A stretch of 64,000 bases of DNA from Vulcanimicrobiota bacterium (GTDB lineage Bacteria > Vulcanimicrobiota > Xenobia > Xenobiales > JADMJV01): assembly GCA_050250895.1 (NCBI GenBank), contig JBFWNU010000004.1:462934-526933 (forward strand). The letters run 5' to 3'. Of the stretch, positions 28,229-36,464 are shown piece after piece. The notes below the pieces were generated by a model. The model saw only the letters and a list, made by a program, of their open reading frames with translations, ran no database searches and was not told the origin of the DNA. Each line of letters begins with the position of its first letter. Position 1 is the first letter of the stretch. Made by a program: the position numbers and the translations under genes.

Positions 28229-29017
28229 ATGGTGTGGAGGGGACAGAAGGGTCGCAGACGGGGCATGAGCCTGCTCGAGGCGATCTTCGCCATGTTCTAC
28301 CTCAGCTCGGCCATTCTGGTCATCGCTCACCTGCTCGACGCTGGGTTGCAGGCCGGCCTGAAGGTCGAACAGCAATTGACCGCCACCGCAATCGCTCGCA
28401 ACGAACTGTCCAAACTGCGCGCCGAGGCCGTCACTCGGCAAGGCTTCGACGCTCTGGCCAACTACGACGGTACTCCTCGGTCTTCTGGCGAGCCGGGCTT
28501 CTCGGTGAGCATCATCACCGAGCCGTTCCATCAGTATTCGCCGTGCAGCGCCGTCGAACTCGCCTATCCCGCCGACCAGCGGCGCGAACTGACCAGTTCG
28601 ACCCGCAAAGTGCGGGTGCGGGTGAGTTGGGGCAACACTCAAGGCTCGAAAGTACAGCTCGTCTCGCTGATCGCCGCCCCCCCGCCCGAAGTCGAGAGCC
28701 TGCAACTCAAGGGAGTGACCGTTCCGAACCCCATCAACCCGGATGAACTGGCCGACTTCACCGTCCAAGCCGAGGATAGTGACGGTAAACCGGTTCCCGA
28801 CCTGTTCTATGAGTGGTCGGTCGTTCCCGGTAGCGGCAACGGCACGGTGATACCCAGCCGCGACGGCCGCACCTGCCAGTTCGTTCACCGTTACCGCATC
28901 CCACCCTCGACCGACCTCTATTTCTCGTTGGGTAGCTCGTGTGGGGTCGAGGCGGCCACCACCTCGGGCGGCCGCCTGGTGACAGACTCCATGGAGGTCT
29001 TTCTCGCCAAGCCATGA
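28229..29017 (+). CDS. Type IV minor pilin (PilV-like) with a C-terminal Ig-like domain
   Basis: Class III signal RRRG|MSLLE plus hydrophobic helix. Confidence 0.82.
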   Translation: MVWRGQKGRRRGMSLLEAIFAMFYLSSAILVIAHLLDAGLQAGLKVEQQLTATAIARNELSKLRAEAVTRQGFDALANYDGTPRSSGEPGFSVSIITEPFHQYSPCSAVELAYPADQRRELTSSTRKVRVRVSWGNTQGSKVQLVSLIAAPPPEVESLQLKGVTVPNPINPDELADFTVQAEDSDGKPVPDLFYEWSVVPGSGNGTVIPSRDGRTCQFVHRYRIPPSTDLYFSLGSSCGVEAATTSGGRLVTDSMEVFLAKP

Positions 29018-29589
29018 GCACCCGACGTCGCGGCTTCACCATCATCGAGGGCTTGATCACGCTACTGCTGGTCTCTATCCTGCTCGGAGCCATCGGCACC
29101 CTGATCCAGATGTATGCCAACGTCATGCGCCACGCCGATCGCAAAGAGGTCACCCTCTACGCGGCCGAACTGGCCGTCGACACGGTGGGAAGGGACCTGG
29201 TCCAGGCCATCCGTATCATTGAGCCCAACACCGAGGGCGACATCCTGCGGCTCGAGCAGATTGATCCCTGGACCCCGGTCCGGCTACCCGACCCCCCCGG
29301 CACCCCGCCGCCGAGCTGGTCGCCCCACCGCCGGTCCGATCGGGTCACCGTCAGTTATCGTCTCGATACGGCTTATGACCCTTCCGACTACACCTTCTAT
29401 CGCAAGTTGACTTACTCTGACGGGGGCGAATGGGAAGAGCCCATCTGCCAGGGCTTGCATGGCGTCTTCTTCAAAAATCTCGGGGGCGGGCTCTTCCAGG
29501 TGGAGGCCAGCGTGCTCAAGGACAACTATACCGTCTCGACCCGCACCGGAAAGTTCTACCTCCATCTCCCCGGGGATCTGTATCCATGA
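29014..29589 (+). CDS. Type IV minor pilin (PilW/GspJ-like)
   Basis: RRRG|FTIIE; ATGA overlap. Confidence 0.85.
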   Translation: MSTRRRGFTIIEGLITLLLVSILLGAIGTLIQMYANVMRHADRKEVTLYAAELAVDTVGRDLVQAIRIIEPNTEGDILRLEQIDPWTPVRLPDPPGTPPPSWSPHRRSDRVTVSYRLDTAYDPSDYTFYRKLTYSDGGEWEEPICQGLHGVFFKNLGGGLFQVEASVLKDNYTVSTRTGKFYLHLPGDLYP

Positions 29590-30077
29590 GCCCTCGTCGC
29601 GCCTACCTGCTTCCCCTGGTGCTCTTCGTCAGCGCCGTCTTGATGATCCTGGGCACCGGGTTTCTCACCAGTCGGTCGATGGCCTACGCCTCGGCCGTCG
29701 ACTCGATTCATCAGGTCCAGGCGCGAGCTTGCGCCTACGCGGGTATCGAAGACGCCAGGACGAAACTGCTTCGCGACCCTCAGTTTCCGCCCGACGGCGA
29801 CGATGACCAGCAGTATTTCAGCTATGGCGAGACGCTCAGCGACATGGGCGGGAGCGGAGTGGTGGGCACCTTTGTGGTCACCGTCGACACCACCTACGCC
29901 GGAAAGCCCTACTACGTCATCCTCGTGACCTCCACGGGTCGAACCCGAGACGGAGAGTCGCCCCACATCATTCAGGCAGAATTCGACGTGGCTCCTTACG
30001 ACCGCGCCAATAATGCCAATGCAAACCCTCACCCGATGAGTATCCTCAACTGGAAGGAGGAAGGGCTCAGCTTATGA
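29586..30077 (+). CDS. Type IV minor pilin (PilX/GspK-like)
   Basis: RRA|YLLPLVL (no E5), QARACAYAGIEDA, VTSTG; ATGA overlap. Confidence 0.75.
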   Translation: MSPRRAYLLPLVLFVSAVLMILGTGFLTSRSMAYASAVDSIHQVQARACAYAGIEDARTKLLRDPQFPPDGDDDQQYFSYGETLSDMGGSGVVGTFVVTVDTTYAGKPYYVILVTSTGRTRDGESPHIIQAEFDVAPYDRANNANANPHPMSILNWKEEGLSL

Positions 30078-32086
30078 GAAGAAACTCCGGATTCACCCTG
30101 GCCGAGCTTGGGGTCTCGATGCTGCTACTTCTGCTGGTGCTGGGACTGGGCGTGGTCCAGACCCGCTCGCGCACCACCAAGGCCGATCCCAAGGCCCTGG
30201 CAATGGTGGTGGCTGCCGAACTGCGAGCCGCTCGGGCCAAGGCCATGAAAGAGGGACTCAACGTGGCCGTTGTCTTTCCGAGCAACGACGGTCTGGTGCC
30301 TCACAGTCGCTCCTCATACCGTTTGACCGGCACCACCAAAGGTCAGGTCGACCGCTTTGCGGACTACTCCAAGGAGAGTCAAGCCTTCCTGGCGGTCGTC
30401 TCCTACCCATCGCCCTCCACCACCGAACTCTTCGCTCCTTCACCTTACCGGCCCGTGCCGACGGTGCAAGGTTGGCCCCGCGACGCCACCAAAGACTACA
30501 TTTTCATGTTCAGTCCCGACGGCCGGGTCGTGACTAACGACATGCCGACCATCGGCGGAAACTATCACATCGTAGCCTGCGGCGGCCTCGACTATCAACC
30601 CACCGGCACTCCCACCGGCACGCCCACGATGACCGATAGGCCCAACTACTTCGAACTGACCGCGGTAACGACCCCTGTGAGCATCGTCATTTCGCCTGGC
30701 GGCGCCGTCTCGGTCAAGCCGGGCCTGGACCAGGGCAACGACCTGCCCCTGGCCGGAGCGCTCCCAGCCCCCCCGGCCCCCCCCACCACACCGAGTTCGT
30801 TTCCCAATACCGACCCTCTGCTTGAGGGCGTCAATATCTTTCCAGAGCCATTGAGCCAGGATGACGACGACTTCGATGCGGTCTTGCCGGTAGGAAACGG
30901 AGCCTATGAGCCCCATCTCGAACTCAAGGTCAAAGCTTCCGACCCCGAAGGCGACCCGCTCACCTGCGAATGGACCTCAGAGCCCATTACCGGCACCGAG
31001 CCGGGAACCTTCACGACCCCTCCCGGAGCTCTGCGCCTGAGTTCCGACAACGTGTTCGTGTGGAACTGGTATCCCCCGCCCTCGGCCGTGGCTGGCGATC
31101 GTTTCACTCTAACCTGCACGGTTCGGGACAACCTTGGCGGCTCAGATGCCCTGGCGGGCGAATCCGTGATCGAGGTCGAGATGCGAGACGAAGGGCTGGT
31201 CATCTTCGAAAGCCCCGACCGCTGGGGAAGCGGCGACTTTCTCTGGCAAGTGTTTGGCAGCGGCCCCCCGACCCGTCGTCTGGAAGTATCGGGCTATTCC
31301 CCTCGCATCTCGCCCGACGGCAACCAGATCGCGTTCTCGGACGGCAACAATCTGTTCTTCTGCAAGATCAACGGCAACAAGATCAAGGATCTAGCCAATA
31401 ACATCTACGGAGCCGAGACCGATCCCGCCTGGGCCTACGACGGCACCAGAGTGGTCTATTCGGAAGACCTGGGTAGCGGCCCTCAACTGACCCGCCTCGG
31501 CTTGCACGACAAGGGCAAGCCCGACAAGGCCGAGATCCTCGACGTTAACCTGGGTTGGGTGAAGCGCAAGGATTGGGACGATGCCGTCAATGTGGCTCAG
31601 CCGGCAACCCACGCTGACTGGTCCCGCGACGGCGCCCACATTGCCTTCGAGAACGCCGGCGAGATCTACGTCATGGAGGCCAGTGGCGCCAACGACGGCA
31701 AGAACATCGGGCTCATCGCCAGCGACCCGGGCAACGACCAGCGACCCCGCTTTTCGCCCGACGGGCAGACGCTGATGTTCGTGTCGGACCGCGATGGGAC
31801 CGCTCAGGTATACACCATCCCGGTCGGCACCTTCGCGAGCGGAGTCTGGGGAGACCCGGCCACGATCGTGCAGCGCACCACCGACAGCGTGAACAAGGTC
31901 GAGGCCGTCTGGTCCCCGCGCTATGATAGCGCCACCGGCGGCGATATCCTTTATACCACTCGCGTCGGGAACAACGTCTCGCTGTATCGGGCTCAGATGC
32001 CTCCGGCCGATGTGGTGACCAATACTCAGGACTTTCGGCTCGGCAACCTGCCGGCTCGGGGGGCCAGTCCGGACTGGGGACCGTAA
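30074..32086 (+). CDS. Large pilin-like protein (FimT/GspH-like N-terminus, Ig/PKD-like domain, TolB-like PD40 propeller)
   Basis: NSG|FTLAE; ASDPEGDPLTCEW; SPDGNQIAF, WSRDGAHIAF, FSPDGQTLMFVSDRDG. Confidence 0.85.
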   Translation: MRRNSGFTLAELGVSMLLLLLVLGLGVVQTRSRTTKADPKALAMVVAAELRAARAKAMKEGLNVAVVFPSNDGLVPHSRSSYRLTGTTKGQVDRFADYSKESQAFLAVVSYPSPSTTELFAPSPYRPVPTVQGWPRDATKDYIFMFSPDGRVVTNDMPTIGGNYHIVACGGLDYQPTGTPTGTPTMTDRPNYFELTAVTTPVSIVISPGGAVSVKPGLDQGNDLPLAGALPAPPAPPTTPSSFPNTDPLLEGVNIFPEPLSQDDDDFDAVLPVGNGAYEPHLELKVKASDPEGDPLTCEWTSEPITGTEPGTFTTPPGALRLSSDNVFVWNWYPPPSAVAGDRFTLTCTVRDNLGGSDALAGESVIEVEMRDEGLVIFESPDRWGSGDFLWQVFGSGPPTRRLEVSGYSPRISPDGNQIAFSDGNNLFFCKINGNKIKDLANNIYGAETDPAWAYDGTRVVYSEDLGSGPQLTRLGLHDKGKPDKAEILDVNLGWVKRKDWDDAVNVAQPATHADWSRDGAHIAFENAGEIYVMEASGANDGKNIGLIASDPGNDQRPRFSPDGQTLMFVSDRDGTAQVYTIPVGTFASGVWGDPATIVQRTTDSVNKVEAVWSPRYDSATGGDILYTTRVGNNVSLYRAQMPPADVVTNTQDFRLGNLPARGASPDWGP

Positions 32087-32967
32087 TGGCACGCGTTTTG
32101 GTCCTGGAGGACGATCCCGACATGCGCGAGACGCTGGTCGAGTGCCTGGAGGACCTTGACCACCGCGTCTTTGAAGCCGGTTCGGGCGAAGAAGCGGTCG
32201 AGATCGGCACCAAACAGGCACTCGACCTGGTAGTGGCCGACGTGCGAATGAAGAACCGCGACGGCATCGAGACGGTGCGCATCTTGCGCACCACCCAACC
32301 CCAGATGAAAGCCGTCATCATCACCGGCTATGCCGGCGACGACGCTCCCGGCCGAGCCATCGAGGTAGGGGCCGAGGATTATCTGTACAAGCCGTTCAAA
32401 TTGGCCGAATTCAAGCGTTCGGTCAACCGAGTCCTCAGCCAGCAAGATGACCAGAGCGCCTACCAAAAGGTCTTGGGCTCGTTTCGAGCCGGCTTCGCCC
32501 GGCTCAAGGAACGAGCCAGCAACCTGCTGCTCGACCGCGAGATGGCCGGAGTCGATACCATTCGCTCGAAGGCCTTCCGCGGCTTTTACGTGGCCATTCG
32601 CTCCGAGCTACTGCCCTCGGCCCAAGCCCGCATCGTGTGGCAGCAACTCGACACCCTCGACCGCCGGCGCGAGCAGCTCAAAGCCGAGACCAACTCGGCC
32701 GAACCGCTGCAAGAACTGGGGGGCCAGTACAAGTATCTGGCCGACCTGCTGGCGGCGGTGGGCCGTTCCACGAGCGTGATGCCGCGACTCAAGGGTGACA
32801 CCGAGCTTTCGGAAGCCAAATTCGCGTTCTTCTTCGCCAATGTCCGCTCGGGAGCCATCTCGAGCGAGCAACTCAAACTGGCTCCGTTCCTCTATCACCT
32901 CGACCCGGCCCTGCGTGGCCAATCCGAGGAACTGCAACGGCTCTACGACATGACCTGGGGGGCCTAG
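32086..32967 (+). CDS. Response regulator (REC plus uncharacterised helical C-terminus)
   Basis: VLEDD, VADVRM, ITGYA, KPF. Confidence 0.88.
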   Translation: MARVLVLEDDPDMRETLVECLEDLDHRVFEAGSGEEAVEIGTKQALDLVVADVRMKNRDGIETVRILRTTQPQMKAVIITGYAGDDAPGRAIEVGAEDYLYKPFKLAEFKRSVNRVLSQQDDQSAYQKVLGSFRAGFARLKERASNLLLDREMAGVDTIRSKAFRGFYVAIRSELLPSAQARIVWQQLDTLDRRREQLKAETNSAEPLQELGGQYKYLADLLAAVGRSTSVMPRLKGDTELSEAKFAFFFANVRSGAISSEQLKLAPFLYHLDPALRGQSEELQRLYDMTWGA

Positions 32968-33018
32968 TCACCACTCGGTCCGGATGGGATAGCGGCTAAT
33001 CTCGGGGTCCGGGGTCAA
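32968..33018 (-). pseudogene. C-terminal remnant of a VapC (PIN) toxin
   Basis: Alternative frame reads LTPDPEISRYPIRTEW*, typical of the end of Sll0205-like PIN toxins. Confidence 0.65.
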
Positions 33019-33214
33019 AAAAGCTATCGGGGATCTCGAGGCTGCCCTTGCCTAAACCGATGGGCCTTGGCCCGGTCGGCGGGGCCGTCAGAGGCCGGAC
33101 CACGGCGATCGGCTCGTTTCGTCGGCACAAAATGAGCGCATCGCCTTCTTTGAGTTCGCTCAGGTAGCGAGAAAGGTGGGTCTTGGCTTCGTGGATGTTC
33201 AGTCGATGCTCCAC
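32996..33214 (-). CDS. Phd/YefM-type antitoxin, probably C-terminally altered by a deletion
   Basis: NIHEAKTHLSRYL..L..G..I...RRNEPIA; RPIGL.KG..EIPDSFFDP. Confidence 0.85.
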   Translation of the reverse strand: MEHRLNIHEAKTHLSRYLSELKEGDALILCRRNEPIAVVRPLTAPPTGPRPIGLGKGSLEIPDSFFDPGPRD

Positions 33215-33246
33215 GCCCCAAGACTAAACTAAGTAGTGGAACTAAA

Positions 33247-34215
33247 TCAAGACAGAGGTAGCCCCACCTTGGGAAAAGACGGCAGCCACAGGCTGGCCAC
33301 GGCCCCCTGATCGGCTCGGTTGGCCAGACTCAATCTGCCGTGGAACTCTTCGGCGAACTCGCGGGCTCGAATCAAACCCAGACCCGTGCCCAGATCTTTT
33401 GAGGTGTACTGGGCGTCGCCCAGATAGTTGAGGCCGAACGAGAAGCCGGGGCCGTCGTCTTCGACCCGGATCTCGACCCCTTCCTTGTAGTCGTCGACCA
33501 GCACCGTGACCATCTCCTGGCACACCTCGAGGGCGTTGCCGATGAGATCCATCAGCACCAGCAGAAAGCGAGAAGGGGGCAGATAGAGGTTGGCCTCGGG
33601 TTTGCCCACGCGCCGGGCCGAACGGTCCTTCAACGAGAGCCTCAAGGCGATGTCGACCATCTCGGCGGGGTCGAGCAGACGACGGGCCGAGTGCCCGTTC
33701 TGGGTGAGAATCTCGAGGTCCGCCAGCAGTCCGGTCAACAGTTCAGGATGGCCCTTGGCGGCCTGGACTCGAGTGATGACCACTTTGCTCAATTCGGTAA
33801 TGGCACGCTCGCGCTCGCGATTGGCGGCCTCCCGGGCGTTGTCGCGATGGCGCAGATGGAGGGCTACGCGGGCCTGAATCTCGCCCGGCGAGACGGGCTT
33901 GCGTAAATAGTCGTCTACCCCCACCTCGAAGGCCTCTTCGCTGTGGTTGTAGCGCAGCTCGCCGGTAATCATGATGACCGGAAATCTGGGCAGGCGACTC
34001 TCGCGCAACTGCCGCACCACCTCGATGCCCTGCATGTCGGGCAGGTTGTGGTCGACGATGGCCAACTGCGGCGGCCTTTGGCGCGCCCGCTCGAGAAACT
34101 CCGAGCCGCATCCGGTCACGATAACGCGGTGACCGCTACGGGCGAGCAGACCTTCGAGGGCCGCTCTCTCTACTTCGCTGTCTTCACAAACCAGGATGGT
34201 GCCGGTGTCATTCAT
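33247..34215 (-). CDS. REC-HATPase protein without a recognisable H-box
   Basis: CEDS, VDHNLP, RKP; DLIGNALE, DDGPGF, GTGLGL. Confidence 0.8.
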   Translation of the reverse strand: MNDTGTILVCEDSEVERAALEGLLARSGHRVIVTGCGSEFLERARQRPPQLAIVDHNLPDMQGIEVVRQLRESRLPRFPVIMITGELRYNHSEEAFEVGVDDYLRKPVSPGEIQARVALHLRHRDNAREAANRERERAITELSKVVITRVQAAKGHPELLTGLLADLEILTQNGHSARRLLDPAEMVDIALRLSLKDRSARRVGKPEANLYLPPSRFLLVLMDLIGNALEVCQEMVTVLVDDYKEGVEIRVEDDGPGFSFGLNYLGDAQYTSKDLGTGLGLIRAREFAEEFHGRLSLANRADQGAVASLWLPSFPKVGLPLS

Positions 34216-34244
34216 TGCACCCCAGCTATCGGCACCTGAGGAGA

Positions 34245-35333
34245 TTACTTAAGCAGTTCTTGCGACTCGGCGATCTTGTCGGCGCCAGCCAGCACGCTCT
34301 CGAGGCCTCGCTCGAGGGTGGCGCGGTCTTGAGTCTTCTTGAAGGTCTCGAAGTGCTCGACGGCTCGGTCCATCATCCGCCCGCCCTCTTCGAGTAGCGC
34401 CCGACCGCTTTCGGTCCTGGCCTGAGCCTCGGGGCTGGGGTAAGAGTCGGGCGGGCGGGCCGCTTTGAGGGCCTGGCTGGCCTGGCGAACGTTGCCGGCG
34501 AACCACTCGAGCACCTCGGCCAACTCGTCGAAGCGAGTCGGGTCGGCCAGAAAAGCGCCGACGGCCTCTTCTAGCCTGACCACGTAGGCAAAGCGAGGCC
34601 TGGGCGCGGCCTGGCCGGCAATCATGTCCAGCGATGAGGGTGGGCCGCCCGGCAGACTTGGTAAGCGGCTCGAGCAGGCCGTGCACAGACGTGACCCGGG
34701 CGGGTTGGAAGCTCCGCACCGAGGACAGGCGATGGTGGGAGCCAGTCGCTCTAACAGCTGCTTCTGCAATACCGCCAGCTGCTTGCCTTGTTCGAGGAGC
34801 TTGTCGTTGGCCGCCTTGAGGCCCGAGGAACTCTCCTTCTTGTAAGCCTGGCGCAGTTCGACCAGGGCCGAGGCCATTGCCTTGAGGGGAGCCTCCATGG
34901 CGGCTGTGGTCTCGGCCACGGCAGCGCTCTCGGCGGAACCTTTGAGATAGCTTTTGAGATCGCTACCGGCTCGCTCGGTCTGCTGCGAAAACCAATCGAG
35001 ATAGGGCGCTAGAGCCTCTCTCGGCAGTCGTCCCTCGGCCACGCCGATGACCAAATAGGCGAGTCGATGAAGGTAGGGCGAGTCGGAATATACCGGAAAG
35101 GACTCTTCTTCGCGGCGCAACTGGTCGAACAGGTCCAGCAAAGCATCCGACGAGGCCCTCAAGGTCTGGGCACCGCGCACCAGATGGTCATGGCGCGGGT
35201 CCTTGAAGTAGCGGTTGACCTGCTCGATCCCTTCGCGAAAGACCTTGAGCTGAGTTTTGACCTGGGGGTCGACCTCGCGAAAGAGGCTGGTGCGCCAGCG
35301 CGTCAGACGGGCGTCGTCATAGTCGCGTCCCAT
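34245..35333 (-). CDS. Hypothetical helical-repeat protein with a zinc ribbon; probably extends upstream to ~35477
   Basis: CPRC...CTAC; frame is open and coding-like upstream of the ATG. Confidence 0.75.
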   Translation of the reverse strand: MGRDYDDARLTRWRTSLFREVDPQVKTQLKVFREGIEQVNRYFKDPRHDHLVRGAQTLRASSDALLDLFDQLRREEESFPVYSDSPYLHRLAYLVIGVAEGRLPREALAPYLDWFSQQTERAGSDLKSYLKGSAESAAVAETTAAMEAPLKAMASALVELRQAYKKESSSGLKAANDKLLEQGKQLAVLQKQLLERLAPTIACPRCGASNPPGSRLCTACSSRLPSLPGGPPSSLDMIAGQAAPRPRFAYVVRLEEAVGAFLADPTRFDELAEVLEWFAGNVRQASQALKAARPPDSYPSPEAQARTESGRALLEEGGRMMDRAVEHFETFKKTQDRATLERGLESVLAGADKIAESQELLK

Positions 35334-35470
35334 CTGTTTGTGAAAGGCGGACAGGCGTTGCAGGGTCTCGGAGAGAGCACGCCGAGAAGCATCACCGCCC
35401 TCTTCGACGCAGCCTCGAGCGACTTCGAACAGGGCGTTGACAGCCGGAGAACGGGTGGGCTGGAAAGCCT

Positions 35471-35803
35471 CTAGCAGTAGTAGCAGCCCCTATTTCCGCG
35501 CATGGCGCCGGCATACCAGCCGATGGAACCGCCCAGGCTCGCGCCCAGCCAGGCGCCCGCCATGGCCGTGAAGGGACCGGCCGCAGCGCCGACCGCCAAA
35601 CCCAGGAAGCCACCCACCAAAGAGCCCACCAGGCCGCCGCGCTCGGCGCGGTAGTAGCTCTGGAACGGGTCGCAATAGTAAGAGGGTCCGCAATACATCG
35701 ACCCGCAACCGTAGAGGTGGTTATTGTATCCGTAGTAGTTGTTGCCACAGCCGTAGTTGGGATAACACGGCGCGTTGCAGCCGACGTTGTTGTAGTGCCA
35801 CAT
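35471..35803 (-). CDS. Small Cys/Tyr/Asn/Gly-rich protein with a glycine zipper
   Basis: AAGGAG RBS before ATG 35803; 110 aa; GGLVGSLVGGFLG...GAWLGASLGGSIG. Confidence 0.75.
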   Translation of the reverse strand: MWHYNNVGCNAPCYPNYGCGNNYYGYNNHLYGCGSMYCGPSYYCDPFQSYYRAERGGLVGSLVGGFLGLAVGAAAGPFTAMAGAWLGASLGGSIGWYAGAMRGNRGCYYC

Positions 35804-35900
35804 AATTCTCTCCTTCTCGAAGTATCCCACCCGGCCCTGGAAGCGACAACCCTTCATCTGTAAACAGGTTGTTTCGAAAACGACAGAGAAGGCCGGGCCC

Positions 35901-36464
35901 GTGCGTATTACCAAAGTCGTAACCAAGACCGGAGACCAAGGCCAGACAGCTCTCATCGGCGGCCAACGAGTGTCAAAAGGGACCCTGCGGGTAGCCGCCT
36001 ATGGCGAAGTCGACGAGCTCAACTCTTGCCTGGGTCTGGCCGCCACCCACCTGCAAGACTCCGAGTGCAAAACCGTGGTGGAAGAACTTCAGCACACGAT
36101 GTTCACCCTGGGCGCCGACCTGGCCAGCCCTGCTGGGGTCGAGGTTCCTCGGGTCGAAAACAGCCACATCGAGCGTCTGGAAGAGGTGATGGAGGGCCTG
36201 ATGGTCGACCTGCCTCCGCTAGAAGAGTTCATCTTGCCGGGCGGTGGGCCGGCCGGAGCCGCCCTGCATCTGGCCCGCACCGTGGCTCGCCGAGCCGAGC
36301 GCACCACCGTGCTGTTGGCCAGCGAAGAAGAGGTCAATCCGGCCGCGGTTATCTTTCTCAACCGCCTGTCCGACCTGCTGTTTGTGCTGGCCCGAGTGGC
36401 CAACAAGCGCGAGGGCCGACCCGAGACCCTGGCCGATTTCTCGAAGAAGAAAGAACGCCGCTGA
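35901..36464 (+). CDS. pduO: ATP:cob(I)alamin adenosyltransferase, PduO type
   Basis: TKTGDQGQT, YGEVDELNS, FILPGG, ARTVARRAER, LNRLSDLLFVLAR. Confidence 0.93.
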   Translation: MRITKVVTKTGDQGQTALIGGQRVSKGTLRVAAYGEVDELNSCLGLAATHLQDSECKTVVEELQHTMFTLGADLASPAGVEVPRVENSHIERLEEVMEGLMVDLPPLEEFILPGGGPAGAALHLARTVARRAERTTVLLASEEEVNPAAVIFLNRLSDLLFVLARVANKREGRPETLADFSKKKERR

